Shown piece after piece: positions 45,657 through 55,011 of a DNA stretch of 64,000 nt. Source of the DNA: an uncultured Chloroflexia bacterium (GTDB taxonomy: Bacteria > Chloroflexota > Limnocylindria > Limnocylindrales > CSP1-4); assembly GCA_963713975.1 (NCBI GenBank), contig OY970218.1, forward strand, positions 2,688,001-2,752,000, read 5' to 3'. The stretch's first letter is position 1; each line of letters begins with the position of its first letter. Made by a program: the position numbers and the translations under genes. Under the pieces are notes generated by a model, which worked only from the letters and a program-made list of their open reading frames with translations, searched no databases and was not told the origin of the DNA.

Positions 45657-46960
45657 ATGCCCGTTCCCGTCGTCAAGTTCAGCGACGAGCGCCTGGCCAA
45701 CGGCCTGCGCCTGATCGTCGCCGAGGACCACCTGGCGCCGGTGGTCGCCGTGAACGTCTGGTACAACGTCGGCTCCAAGCACGAGGTCCCGGGCAAGACC
45801 GGGTTCGCCCACCTGTTCGAGCACGTGATGTTCCAGGGGTCGGCCAACGTCGGCAAGGCCGAGCACATGGCCCTGGTGCAGGGGGCGGGGGGACGCTCAA
45901 CGGGACCACGTGGGTGGATCGGACCAACTACTTCGAGACGATGCCCTCGCACCAGCTGGAGCTCGCGCTGTGGCTGGAGGCGGACCGCATGGGAACGCTC
46001 CTCGACGCGCTCAGCCAGGAGAACCTGGACAACCAGCGCGAGGTCGTCAAGAACGAGAAGCGGTGGAGCTACGACAACCGGCCGTATGGCTCCTGGATGG
46101 AGAAGACGCTCGCGCTGCTCTACCCGGAGGACCACCCGTACCACCACCCGACGATCGGGTCGATGGACGACCTCGATGCGGCCTCGCTGGAGGACATCGG
46201 GGCCTTCTTCGCCACCTACTACGTGCCGAACAACGCCGTCCTGTCGGTCGTCGGCGACTGTGACACGGCCCAGGTCCGGGCGTGGGCGGAGCGGTACTTC
46301 GGCCCGATCGCGGCCAACCCCGCGATCCCGCCGCTCCCGGACATGACCCTGCCGCCGATCCTCGGGGACGAGCGTCGGGAGACCGTCGAGGACAAGGTGC
46401 CCCTGGCGCGGGTCTACTTGGCCTTCCGGGCGCCTGCGTTCGGGGATCGAAGGCTGGATGCCATCGACATCGCAGGCCAGATCCTGACCGGTGGCAAGGG
46501 CAGCCGGCTTCACCGGCGCCTGGTCCGCGAGGACCGCCTCGCACAGGACGTCGCGATCTTCACGCTGCCGTTCGTGGGTGGTGCCGGTGCCGTCGTCGGC
46601 TGGGCGACCGTCCGGCCCGGCGTGGACCCCGCGGCCGTCGAGGCGGCCTATCTCGAGGAGCTGGAGCGCATCGCCTCGGAGCTGCCGAGCGAGGACGAGC
46701 TGGCGCGGGCCAAGGCGCTGACCGAGGCGGACGAGCTGGGGTCGCTGGCGCGCGTCGAGGAGCGGGCGGACCGGCTGTCCATGTTCGCGACCCTGTTCGA
46801 CGACCCCGGCCTCGTGAACACGCTGCTGCCGCGGTACCTGTCCGTGACGGCGGAACAGATCCGGGACGCCGCTCGAGCGATCTTCCGGCCGGACAACCGG
46901 ATCGTCCTGACCTACGTTCCCACGACGACCGGCGAGCCGGCCGGCGAGGAGGCGGCATGA
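45657..46960 (+). pseudogene. M16 (pitrilysin-family) peptidase, catalytic subunit, split by a 1-nt frameshift
   Basis: HLFEH motif in the first frame; continues as TLNGTTWVDRTNYFE only if one base is added at the G6 run 45887-45892. Confidence 0.85.
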
Positions 46961-48354
46961 GCACCGGTCCCGACATGATCACGGAGCGGCCGGTGCCGGG
47001 TCATCCGCGCCCGTACGAGTTTCCGGGCACGGTTCGCACGACCCTCGCCAACGGTCTCCAGGTCATCGTCACGCCGATGCCCGGACGGGAGCTCGTCGCG
47101 GCGTCCTTGGCGCTCCGGACCGGCGCGGCCGACGAGCCCGATGACCTGGGCGGCGCGACGGTCCTCACCGCGCGGGGCCTTACCGAGGGCACCGAGATCC
47201 GCGACGCGATCGCCCTCACCGAGGCCGCAGAGCGACTCGGTGCGTCGATCCACGCGGAGGCCGGCTGGGATGCGGTCTCGGCGGGCCTTGATGTTCCGGC
47301 GAGCCGGCTCGTCCCCGCCCTCGACCTCCTCGCGGAGGTGGTCCGTCGCCCGGCGTTCCCCGAGAGCGAGATCGAGCGCCTGCGGGACGAGCGCCTGACC
47401 GACCTGCTCCAGGCGAAGGCGGATCCCCGCCGGCGTGCGGACGAGGCGTACGTCTCGTCCATCTACGCGTCGTCGAGCCCGTACCGCCGTCCCGCCGGAG
47501 GAGCCGCCGAGACGGTCGAGGGCCTGACGGCGTCGGAGCTGCGAGCGGTCCATCACCGCGCCTACGTTCCCTCGAGCGCCGCGCTCGTCATCGCCGGCGA
47601 CGTGGATCCGGACGAGATCATCCGGTCCGCCGAGGCGCTGTTCGGCGACTGGTCGGGAACCGGCGAGCCCGAGCCCGCCACGATCGACGATTCGGCCGCC
47701 GCCAACGCGCGCTTCGTCCGGGTGGTGCACCGGCCCGGCTCGGTGCAGAGCGAGATCCGGATCGGCCACCCGGGCCTCCGGCGCCGCCATCCGGACTACC
47801 ACGCGGTCGCCGTGATGAGCGCGATCCTGGGCGGGCTGTTCAACTCCAGACTGAACATGAATCTGCGCGAGGAGAAGGGGTACACCTACGGCGCGAGCGC
47901 GGGCTTCGACCTTCGCCGCGGCCGCGGACCCTTCACCGCGCGTGCGGCAGTCAACACGGAGGTCACCGTCCCCGCCCTGCACGAGTTCCTGGTGGAGCTG
48001 GACAGGATCCGCGAGGGTCTCGTGAGCGACGCCGAGCTGCGGGCCGCCCGCGACTACCTCGTGGGGGTCTTCCCGCTGCGGTTCGAGACGCCCGGACCCG
48101 TGGCCGGCTCGCTCGCCGGGCTCTTCGTCCACGGGCTCGATCACGACGAGCTCGACCGTTACCGGCCCGCCATCGAGGCCGTGACTGCCGCCGACGTACA
48201 GCGGGTCGCACGCTCGCACGTGCGGCCCGAGGAGGCCGGGGTGGTGCTGGTGGGGGACCACGACCAGTTCGGCGAAGCGCTCGAGGCGGCGGCGCTCGGT
48301 CCGGTCGAGGTTGTCCGGGACGCGGAGCCCGTTGCCCCGGCGTCGGAAGCGTAG
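46957..48354 (+). CDS. M16 peptidase, non-catalytic partner subunit
   Basis: LANGL, no HxxEH, ILGG.FNSRL..NLREEKGYTYG. Confidence 0.9.
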   Translation: MSTGPDMITERPVPGHPRPYEFPGTVRTTLANGLQVIVTPMPGRELVAASLALRTGAADEPDDLGGATVLTARGLTEGTEIRDAIALTEAAERLGASIHAEAGWDAVSAGLDVPASRLVPALDLLAEVVRRPAFPESEIERLRDERLTDLLQAKADPRRRADEAYVSSIYASSSPYRRPAGGAAETVEGLTASELRAVHHRAYVPSSAALVIAGDVDPDEIIRSAEALFGDWSGTGEPEPATIDDSAAANARFVRVVHRPGSVQSEIRIGHPGLRRRHPDYHAVAVMSAILGGLFNSRLNMNLREEKGYTYGASAGFDLRRGRGPFTARAAVNTEVTVPALHEFLVELDRIREGLVSDAELRAARDYLVGVFPLRFETPGPVAGSLAGLFVHGLDHDELDRYRPAIEAVTAADVQRVARSHVRPEEAGVVLVGDHDQFGEALEAAALGPVEVVRDAEPVAPASEA

Positions 48355-48416
48355 TCGCGGGCTGTTCGCAGCCCGCACCGTCCGCACCCCCGAGCCTGCT
48401 CGTCCGGGCCGTCGGC

Positions 48417-48442
48417 TGAAACCTTTGTGCCCGCGGATGTCT
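48417..48442 (+). promoter_or_regulatory. putative ECF-sigma promoter
   Basis: TGAAAC-N16-GTCT upstream of the secreted protein/ECF module. Confidence 0.5.
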
Positions 48443-48498
48443 CGGGAGGAGTGAGGCGGCGCCAGCGAGGGAGGCCGCAATCCAGCGGAGCACCCAGC

Positions 48499-48972
48499 AT
48501 GCGTTCAACCACAGCAATGGCCCGCTCCGTCGGGACCGCGACGGTAGCCCTGTTCCTGGTGGCGGGCGCCGCGTTCGCGACCAGCAGCTTCGTCTCGGGC
48601 GGACGACAGGACGACACCAGCCCGGCCGCAGCCGAAGCCGTGGCGGCTGGGGCCACCTCGACGCCCGAGGCCACCGAGACCGCGGAGCCGACCGAGACGC
48701 CCGAGGCCACCGAGACCGCGGAGCCGACCGAGACGCCCGAGGCCACCGAGACCGCGGAGCCGACCGAGACGCCCGAGGCCACCGAGACCGCGGAGCCGGT
48801 CTACGCCAGCGACTCGACGACCACCAGCAAGGACAGCACGGCCGGCCACGACGATGGTGACGACGAGCCGGACGAGGATGCCGGCGACGACCATGACGGC
48901 CACGACGACGGCGACAGTGACCATGCAACCGCCGAACCGACCCACGACGGTGAGGACGACAGCGACGACTAG
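48499..48972 (+). CDS. secreted low-complexity protein with TPEATETAEPTE repeats and Asp/His-rich tail
   Basis: GGAG RBS, signal peptide ending AFA, repeats, HDDGD-type tail. Confidence 0.75.
   Translation: MRSTTAMARSVGTATVALFLVAGAAFATSSFVSGGRQDDTSPAAAEAVAAGATSTPEATETAEPTETPEATETAEPTETPEATETAEPTETPEATETAEPVYASDSTTTSKDSTAGHDDGDDEPDEDAGDDHDGHDDGDSDHATAEPTHDGEDDSDD
48661..48798 (+). repeat. perfect 36-bp coding tandem repeat, about 3.8 copies
   Basis: ACGCCCGAGGCCACCGAGACCGCGGAGCCGACCGAG at 48661, 48697 and 48733; 30 bp of a fourth copy at 48769. Confidence 0.95.
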
Positions 48973-49101
48973 ACCGATCGGGCCAGAGGCTTCGTGACCT
49001 CCGTCCTGCGATGGGAGCCGGCTCGAGCCGCGACGATCGCGTCTGGAACCGGTCCGGTTCCCGGCGAGCCGCCCCATCGGGCAGACTCGACGCCTCGCAG
49101 G

Positions 49102-49731
49102 ATGGAGGGAGCCCTGGTCGACCGGCCCCAGACCCGTACCAAGGACACCGGAGCCACGAGCGATGACCGCACGATCGTCGACGCTGTGCTTGCCGGCGAC
49201 CGCGACGCCTTCCGACTCCTTGTCGAGCGGGAGGGCCCGTCGGTCGTTTCGGCGTGCGCGCGGGTCCTTGGCGATCGCTCCGAGGCCGAGGACGTGGCGC
49301 AGGAGGCCTTCGTGATCGCGTTCCGGTCGCTCGGGACCTGGCGCGGTGATGGCGTGTTCGGCGCCTGGTTGTCACGGATCGCCGTCCGTCTTGCCATCCG
49401 TCGCGCCGCCCAGCGCAAGCAGGTCACCTGGCTGGATCCCATCGCGGCCGAGTCGGACCCGTCCGGTCACGACCGGTACCGGACGAGCGTCTCGATGGAC
49501 GCCCTTGATCCGGCGCACACGCTGCTGCGCACGGAACGCGACTCCCACATCCGGGCGGCGGTTGCGTCACTGGACGAGCCGTACCGTGAGGTCGTGGCCC
49601 TCCAATTCTTCGCGGAGCGCTCCCTGGCGGAGATCGCCACCGCCACCAATCGTCCGCTCGGGACCGTGAAGACACACCTGCATCGAGGGCTCGCGCGCCT
49701 GCGCGGCGCTCTCGAGGAGGCGGAACGATGA
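49102..49731 (+). CDS. ECF sigma-70 factor
   Basis: GDRDAF, AEDVAQEAF, WL.RIA and GTVKT.LHR motifs; start approximate. Confidence 0.92.
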   Translation: MEGALVDRPQTRTKDTGATSDDRTIVDAVLAGDRDAFRLLVEREGPSVVSACARVLGDRSEAEDVAQEAFVIAFRSLGTWRGDGVFGAWLSRIAVRLAIRRAAQRKQVTWLDPIAAESDPSGHDRYRTSVSMDALDPAHTLLRTERDSHIRAAVASLDEPYREVVALQFFAERSLAEIATATNRPLGTVKTHLHRGLARLRGALEEAER

Positions 49732-50531
49732 CCGCCGGCCGACCGGGCGAGCGGGCCAGGCCCTTCGGTCCCGACGAGCTGGACGGCGTGTCCGGGATCG
49801 CCCCGGATGAGCTCTCCGCCGAGGTCCGCCTGGCCCGTGACATCGAGACTGTCGCCGCCCGCGGCGGCGTCACGCCCTCGGCCGGGTTCACGGACCGGGT
49901 GATGACGGCGGTCGCGGCAGAGCCCGTCCCGGCGCCCGTGATCGCGGCCGGAAGCGCCCTGCGGCGCGGGGCTGCCGGCGGCTTGCTCGCGGCGATCCGC
50001 GACTCGTTCCGGGTCACCTTCGGCGGTGGCTTCCCGGCAGTGGTTCGAGCCCAGGCGCTGGCGCTGGTGCTGGCGGTCGTCGTCGTCGCGGGTGGTGGCG
50101 GTTTCGCGACGGCCGGCGCATTGGGCCTGTTCGATGAGCGGCCCTCCCCGACACCGGGACCGTCGGTCGTCGTCCCCTCGCCGTCGGTCGGGCCCAGCCC
50201 GTCGCCAGAGGAGCTGACCGCGCCGGAGGTCACGCAGTCGCCAGCCCCGACACCGGACGGCTCGCTCGAGCCCGCGGCCAGCGACGAATCGGACACCCAC
50301 GCCCCTGGCGAGACGAAAGAGCCCGATGAAGATGGCGGCGCCGATTCGTCCCGCACGCCGTCACCCACGAACCGGCCTCAGGGGACGCCGAAGCCGTCGC
50401 CGACTCCCGAGCCGACCCATGACGACGATGACGGAGAGGAAGAGACGCACACCCCGGTGCCGAAGGGAACGGCCACGCCCGACCGGACCCCCTGGCCCAG
50501 CCCAACGCCGTCACCCACGGGCGAGCACTAG
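49728..50531 (+). CDS. putative anti-sigma membrane protein with Pro/Thr/acidic extracellular tail
   Basis: Coupled to the ECF gene; PS.GF.DRVM motif; one TM. Confidence 0.7.
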   Translation: MTAGRPGERARPFGPDELDGVSGIAPDELSAEVRLARDIETVAARGGVTPSAGFTDRVMTAVAAEPVPAPVIAAGSALRRGAAGGLLAAIRDSFRVTFGGGFPAVVRAQALALVLAVVVVAGGGGFATAGALGLFDERPSPTPGPSVVVPSPSVGPSPSPEELTAPEVTQSPAPTPDGSLEPAASDESDTHAPGETKEPDEDGGADSSRTPSPTNRPQGTPKPSPTPEPTHDDDDGEEETHTPVPKGTATPDRTPWPSPTPSPTGEH

Positions 50532-50620
50532 TGCCAGCCGGGCCATTGGCCCGATTCGCAAGTCCCTGGGACTACGCCCTCCCAACGGCATCCCTCCGCC
50601 GCTCCGCCTAGACTCATCCC

Positions 50621-51283
50621 ATGATCGCCGTCGTTGGAGTCCCCGCGTGGCGCGAGACCGAGCCTGCCGGCCCGGCCGGACGCTGCTCCGAGATTGCACT
50701 CGCCGCCGCCGCGAAGGACGCGCGTGTGGAGCTCGTCGGTCGCGCCGGCGATGATCCTGCCGGGGACGCGCTGCTGATCGCCCTGGCCCGAGCCGGGGTC
50801 GGCCATGCCGCGATGCTCCGGGATCCGGCCCGGCGGACGCCCGTGGTGACCACGCCGCCGGAGGCCGACAGAGCGGTGCTCGGGGACGAGCCACTGCCGC
50901 CGGCCGTTTCGCCCGTAGGTTCCGGGGGACCGCGCCTCGATGTCGCCGACGTGGCTCTCGGGCTCGGCTACGTCACGGACTTCCGGGTCCTCGTCGTGGC
51001 GGACGACGTCCCCGCCGACGCGCTCCCGGCGGCCATCGACGCGGCGGCGTTCGCCGGCGCACACCTGGTGGTGCTGGTCCCACCCGACGGGTCGATTCCG
51101 GCGGCCGTTCCCTCGGGCGCGACGGTGCTGGCTGTCCCGGGAGAGGCCGACGACGGGGCGTTCGGCGCGTTCGTTGGCGCCTACGCGGCGGCTCTCGACG
51201 CCGGTGCCGTACCGGCGGAGGCATTCGCGGCTGCGGTCGGCGACAACGGCTGGGGCACGGCGGAGGTGATCGGGACCGACTGA
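50621..51283 (+). CDS. degenerate PfkB/ribokinase-like protein
   Basis: VELVGRAGDDPAG..L..L...GV N-terminal PfkB signature; no DTxGAGD motif. Confidence 0.65.
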   Translation: MIAVVGVPAWRETEPAGPAGRCSEIALAAAAKDARVELVGRAGDDPAGDALLIALARAGVGHAAMLRDPARRTPVVTTPPEADRAVLGDEPLPPAVSPVGSGGPRLDVADVALGLGYVTDFRVLVVADDVPADALPAAIDAAAFAGAHLVVLVPPDGSIPAAVPSGATVLAVPGEADDGAFGAFVGAYAAALDAGAVPAEAFAAAVGDNGWGTAEVIGTD

Positions 51284-51307
51284 CCGATCGGGACCGACTG
51301 ACCGATC
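51268..51307. repeat. 18-bp tandem duplication at a convergent gene junction
   Basis: GATCGGGACCGACTGACC twice, plus GATC. Confidence 0.85.
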
Positions 51308-52037
51308 AGGGGCCGGTCGGAGGCCCGGATGGCGGCTCCGCGGGCATGTCCGGGGCCAGTTCCGCGGTTATGTCGATCGGCAGGATCAACTCGGGTCCGT
51401 CGTTCCGCACGTTGTTGACGAGGGTGGCGACGGGATACGCGGCCAGCACCACGTCCTCCCGCGGCTCGAGCAGTGCCCGGAGCTCGCCGGGATCCCGCGG
51501 TGTCGGGTCGAGCCATGTCGCCCATCCGTCGGGCGGCACCACGACCGGCATCCGGTCATGGATGGTGGCCATGAAGTCGTTGGGCCGGGTCGTGATGATG
51601 GTGAACGTCCGCAGCCAGTCGCCGGTCGCCTCGTCGCGTCGCCCGGTCCAGAGCCCGGCCAGGGCCAGCAGTCCTTCGTCCGGTTCGTGGATCCGCACCG
51701 GCTGCCGCCGTGCCCCATCCTTCTGCCACTCGTAGAAGCCGTCCACCGGGACCAGGCAGCGGCGTCGGCGGTAGGCGTCCCGGAACATCCCGCTCGTCGC
51801 AAGCGACTCCGCCCGGGCGTTGAAGGCTCGCGACGCCTTGCGAGGGTCCGCCCAGGACGGGACGAGTCCCCAGCGGTAGCGCACGACGGCCCGCCGGTCC
51901 TCGCGCTGGACCACGACCGCCGCCTCATCGGTGGGTGCGACGTTGTAGCGTCCGCCCGGGTCATCCGCGAGGTCGTCGGCATCGAAGATGCTCGCGATGT
52001 CGGAGGTCGGGCGTTGCTGGGTGAACCGGCCGCACAT
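51306..52037 (-). CDS. SOS response-associated peptidase (SRAP/YedK/HMCES)
   Basis: Starts MCGRF; YNVAPT, WGLVP, FNAR.E, GFYEW and IHDRMP motifs. Confidence 0.95.
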   Translation of the reverse strand: MCGRFTQQRPTSDIASIFDADDLADDPGGRYNVAPTDEAAVVVQREDRRAVVRYRWGLVPSWADPRKASRAFNARAESLATSGMFRDAYRRRRCLVPVDGFYEWQKDGARRQPVRIHEPDEGLLALAGLWTGRRDEATGDWLRTFTIITTRPNDFMATIHDRMPVVVPPDGWATWLDPTPRDPGELRALLEPREDVVLAAYPVATLVNNVRNDGPELILPIDITAELAPDMPAEPPSGPPTGP

Positions 52038-52092
52038 GGCCCCGAGTCTACTCGCGCCGGGCTGAACGGCCACCTCAGGTACAGTCGCCCCC

Positions 52093-53310
52093 GTGACCCT
52101 CCCGCCGTCCGTCGACCCCCAGGCCCTGCTGGCGCAGTCCGGCCCCCTGACCCGCGAGGCGGCCGAGGGCGCCCTGGCGCACGCCGCCCAGCTGATGATC
52201 TCCGCGGACTTCATCGATGCCGCCCGGCTGTACCAGCGCGTGATCGGCTTCGACGACCCGGCGGTCACCGCCCGCGCGATGGTGGGGCTTGGCGAGGCGC
52301 TGCACCGGCTGGACGACGACGCCCAGGCCCTGCGCAACTGGGAGGCAGCGACAGACCTGCCCGAGAACCCCTACACCTACGTGGCATGGCGCAACGTCGC
52401 CGCGGCCCGGGTACGGTCGGGTGACCTGCAGGGCGCGCTGAACGCATATCGCCAGGCGGACCGGCGGGCGCCCCAGGACGACAAGGCGGAGATCGCCTCG
52501 CGGATGGGCTGGCTGTCCAAGGAGGTCGGGGACAAGGGTGCGGCGGGCCGCTACTTCGCCCGGGCACGCGGCGACACCGGCATGTCGTACTCGCTCATCC
52601 TGCTCGCGATCACCGTGGTCGTGTCCTTGTTCGTCGAGTTCGGCGGCGAACAGGGCAAGGCGCTCGGCGAGCTGCTGATGATGAACAAGGTGGCCCTCGC
52701 GGACGGCGAGATCTGGCGCCTGTGGACGGTCACCCTGGTCCACGCGAAGCTCACCGAGATGCCGCTCCACCTGATCATGAACATGTATGCGCTGTACCTC
52801 GCCGGCCCCTTCACGGAGCGGCTCTACGGGCGCCGGTGGTTCCTGGCGTTCTACCTGATCGCGGCGGCCGGCGGCTCGCTCGCGACGTTCGCATTCGGTT
52901 CCGCGCAGTTCAGCGTGGGGGCGTCGGGGGCGGTCTTCGGCCTGTTCGGCGTGCTGATCGCGGTCCAGTTCATCCATCGGCCGCTTCTGGACCGGGGCTC
53001 CCGCTCGTTCCTCGGGCAGATTGCCGCCCTGGTGGTCCTCAACATGATCCTGGGCCTCTCGATGGGCGGCACCATCGACAACTGGGCGCACATTGGCGGC
53101 CTCGCGACGGGGTTCCTGTTGGGTGCGTTGATCGCGCCGACCGGGGTGCCGACCATCCGGTCGATCTGGCTGCGCCCGGGTCCGACGCCGGGATCGACGG
53201 TGCCGGCGTTCGGCGTCGCGGGCAACCAGGTGGTTCGGATCGCCGGTGTGGCGGCCCTGATCGCGGCGTTCGCGGTGCTCTGGACGCTGGGCGTCGCAGT
53301 CTGGTCCTGA
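52093..53310 (+). CDS. rhomboid intramembrane serine protease with N-terminal TPR-like domain
   Basis: EIWRL, H.....LHL.MN, GASG and AHIGG motifs; N-terminal helical TPR-like repeats. Confidence 0.9.
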   Translation: MTLPPSVDPQALLAQSGPLTREAAEGALAHAAQLMISADFIDAARLYQRVIGFDDPAVTARAMVGLGEALHRLDDDAQALRNWEAATDLPENPYTYVAWRNVAAARVRSGDLQGALNAYRQADRRAPQDDKAEIASRMGWLSKEVGDKGAAGRYFARARGDTGMSYSLILLAITVVVSLFVEFGGEQGKALGELLMMNKVALADGEIWRLWTVTLVHAKLTEMPLHLIMNMYALYLAGPFTERLYGRRWFLAFYLIAAAGGSLATFAFGSAQFSVGASGAVFGLFGVLIAVQFIHRPLLDRGSRSFLGQIAALVVLNMILGLSMGGTIDNWAHIGGLATGFLLGALIAPTGVPTIRSIWLRPGPTPGSTVPAFGVAGNQVVRIAGVAALIAAFAVLWTLGVAVWS

Positions 53311-53353
53311 GGCCCGCCCGGCCCGGTCGCGAACCCCGCCCGACTCGACCGCC

Positions 53354-54184
53354 TCAGAGCTCCCCGAACACGACCTGCGGTCCGGGCTCGCCTTGGACCC
53401 CGCCTTCCGGCTCGAGCGTGATCATCACGGCGGTGCTGTTGGCGAGGTCGACGCCGATCGGGGCCACGAACGCGCCACTGCCGTCGAAGCCGACCACCTG
53501 GAGGGGGTGAACGCCTGCGTCGTCGGCGTACCAGAGCTGGTAGCCGTGCCCGGCCGGGGTGGGCGGCAGGCCCTGCGCGACGATGTACGACGAATTGGCG
53601 CCCGGCACATAGACGACGGCGGCCTGGGCGCTGGGGGCCAGCGGCTCGGCGTGCAATGCGACCGTGACGTGGGATGGGTTCGCGACCACCGTCATGGCGT
53701 TGCCCCGCTGGGCGAGCGCCGATCCCAGCGCCGCGACCTGCGCCGATGCCCGATCCAGGTCCTGCTGTAGCGTGATGCTCCGGGCCCCCAGCCCGACGGC
53801 AAGGAACCCGATCCCGGCCGCGAGGCCGAGCGCGGCGAGGAGGGGCCGGCGGGAACCGGGGCGCCGCAACGGGATGAGTTCGCCGGCGGGCGCCGCGGGG
53901 CCCGCAGCGGACGCGACGGGGGGCAGGACGACCAGCCCGGGAACGCGCTTCGGGTCGGGCTCGGTGGCGAGCGCACGGCGGATCCCGAGCAGCAGGTCGG
54001 GCGGCGGAACGCGCTCCGGCGCCGCGAGCGCCAGGTCGGCCATCACCTGGCCGAGTTCCAGCTCGAGGTCCCGGCAGTCGGCGCAGGTCCGGCGGTGGAC
54101 CTCGTACCGTGCGCGCTCGTCCGGCGCGAGGTCGTCGAGCGCGGCGCCCGCCGGCAGCAGCAGCTCGGCCGCGCCGTGGATCAT
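53354..54184 (-). CDS. anti-sigma factor (RskA-like) with ZAS motif
   Basis: HRRTCADC (HxxxCxxC), one TM, LP....YQLW and ITLEP.GG...P motifs. Confidence 0.9.
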   Translation of the reverse strand: MIHGAAELLLPAGAALDDLAPDERARYEVHRRTCADCRDLELELGQVMADLALAAPERVPPPDLLLGIRRALATEPDPKRVPGLVVLPPVASAAGPAAPAGELIPLRRPGSRRPLLAALGLAAGIGFLAVGLGARSITLQQDLDRASAQVAALGSALAQRGNAMTVVANPSHVTVALHAEPLAPSAQAAVVYVPGANSSYIVAQGLPPTPAGHGYQLWYADDAGVHPLQVVGFDGSGAFVAPIGVDLANSTAVMITLEPEGGVQGEPGPQVVFGEL

Positions 54185-54954
54185 CCCTCGGCTCCAAGGA
54201 CCGCGTCCGCGGCGGGCAGCTCGGAGATGGAGTCTCCCAGGACGTCTCGGAGGCGCAGTAGCGCGCTGCGGATGCGCGTCTTGGCCGTTCCCAGGGGGAT
54301 GTCGAGTCGTTCCGAGACCTCGACGTGCGTCAGCCCATGGAAGAAGGCGAGCTCCAGCGATTCACGCTGGATGGGTGTCAGCTCCTCGATGGCCTCGAGG
54401 ACCTTCTCCTTGCGGATTCGCACCCACGCCTCGTGGTCCACGTCGTCGTCGGCCTCGTGGAACTCGAGGTCCACGTCCGCCGTGCGCTTGCGGATGTTGG
54501 CTTCGCGGCGGACCAGGTCGATCGCCTTGTGCCTGGCGAGCGAGAACAGCCACGGAGCCACGGCTCCGCGCTCCGGGTCGAACCGGCTGGCATCGCGCCA
54601 GAGCGCGACGAAGACCTCCTGGACCACGTCCTGGGCGAAGCGCTCGGCACCTGTGACCTGGTAGGCGAGGGAGTACAGCGGTCCTGAGTAGCGCGCGTAG
54701 AGCTCCTCGACGGCTCGCTCGTCCCTGTCCACGATCCGGGCGAGCAGGGCGGCGTCCTCGGCCTTCTTCCTGGCACGTACGTCTTCCGGCTCCCGCAAGC
54801 GAGTCTCCCTCGGCGCCGTTCCCGTCCCTGTCCCGAGATCATACCGAACGCCGGGAGGGCCAACCGGCGGCATCGCCGTGCGAGGCCCGGGAAGAAACGA
54901 CCGCCCGACCAGCATCGACAGCGGGCCGGAGGGCAGGGCTACGAGGGACTCCAT
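54181..54954 (-). CDS. ECF sigma factor (SigK-like)
   Basis: AQDVVQEVF..LW....FDP.RG, H.AID.VR, LAFF.GLTH and LGTAKTRIR motifs. Confidence 0.92.
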   Translation of the reverse strand: MESLVALPSGPLSMLVGRSFLPGPRTAMPPVGPPGVRYDLGTGTGTAPRETRLREPEDVRARKKAEDAALLARIVDRDERAVEELYARYSGPLYSLAYQVTGAERFAQDVVQEVFVALWRDASRFDPERGAVAPWLFSLARHKAIDLVRREANIRKRTADVDLEFHEADDDVDHEAWVRIRKEKVLEAIEELTPIQRESLELAFFHGLTHVEVSERLDIPLGTAKTRIRSALLRLRDVLGDSISELPAADAVLGAEG

Positions 54955-54963
54955 CGCCCCCTG

Positions 54964-54990
54964 TTCGCCCGATCGCTCCGCGTGGATTGG
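54964..54990 (-). promoter_or_regulatory. putative SigK-type autoregulatory promoter
   Basis: CCAATCC-N15-GCGAA on the minus strand just upstream of the sigma ATG. Confidence 0.55.
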
Positions 54991-55011
54991 AAGGACCGCT
55001 ACGATCAGGGC

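Noticed and set aside
45879-45900. Programmed ribosomal frameshift
   Set aside because: No canonical slippery heptamer or evident stimulatory structure; a homopolymer indel is the simpler explanation
48661-48798. CRISPR array (36-bp repeat)
   Set aside because: Repeats are contiguous with no spacers, lie in frame within a CDS, and no cas genes are present
54982-55011. ORF-track start of the MetE-like gene at 54982
   Set aside because: It overlaps the SigK-type promoter; TACGAT plus 6 nt supports a start at GTG 55012 instead
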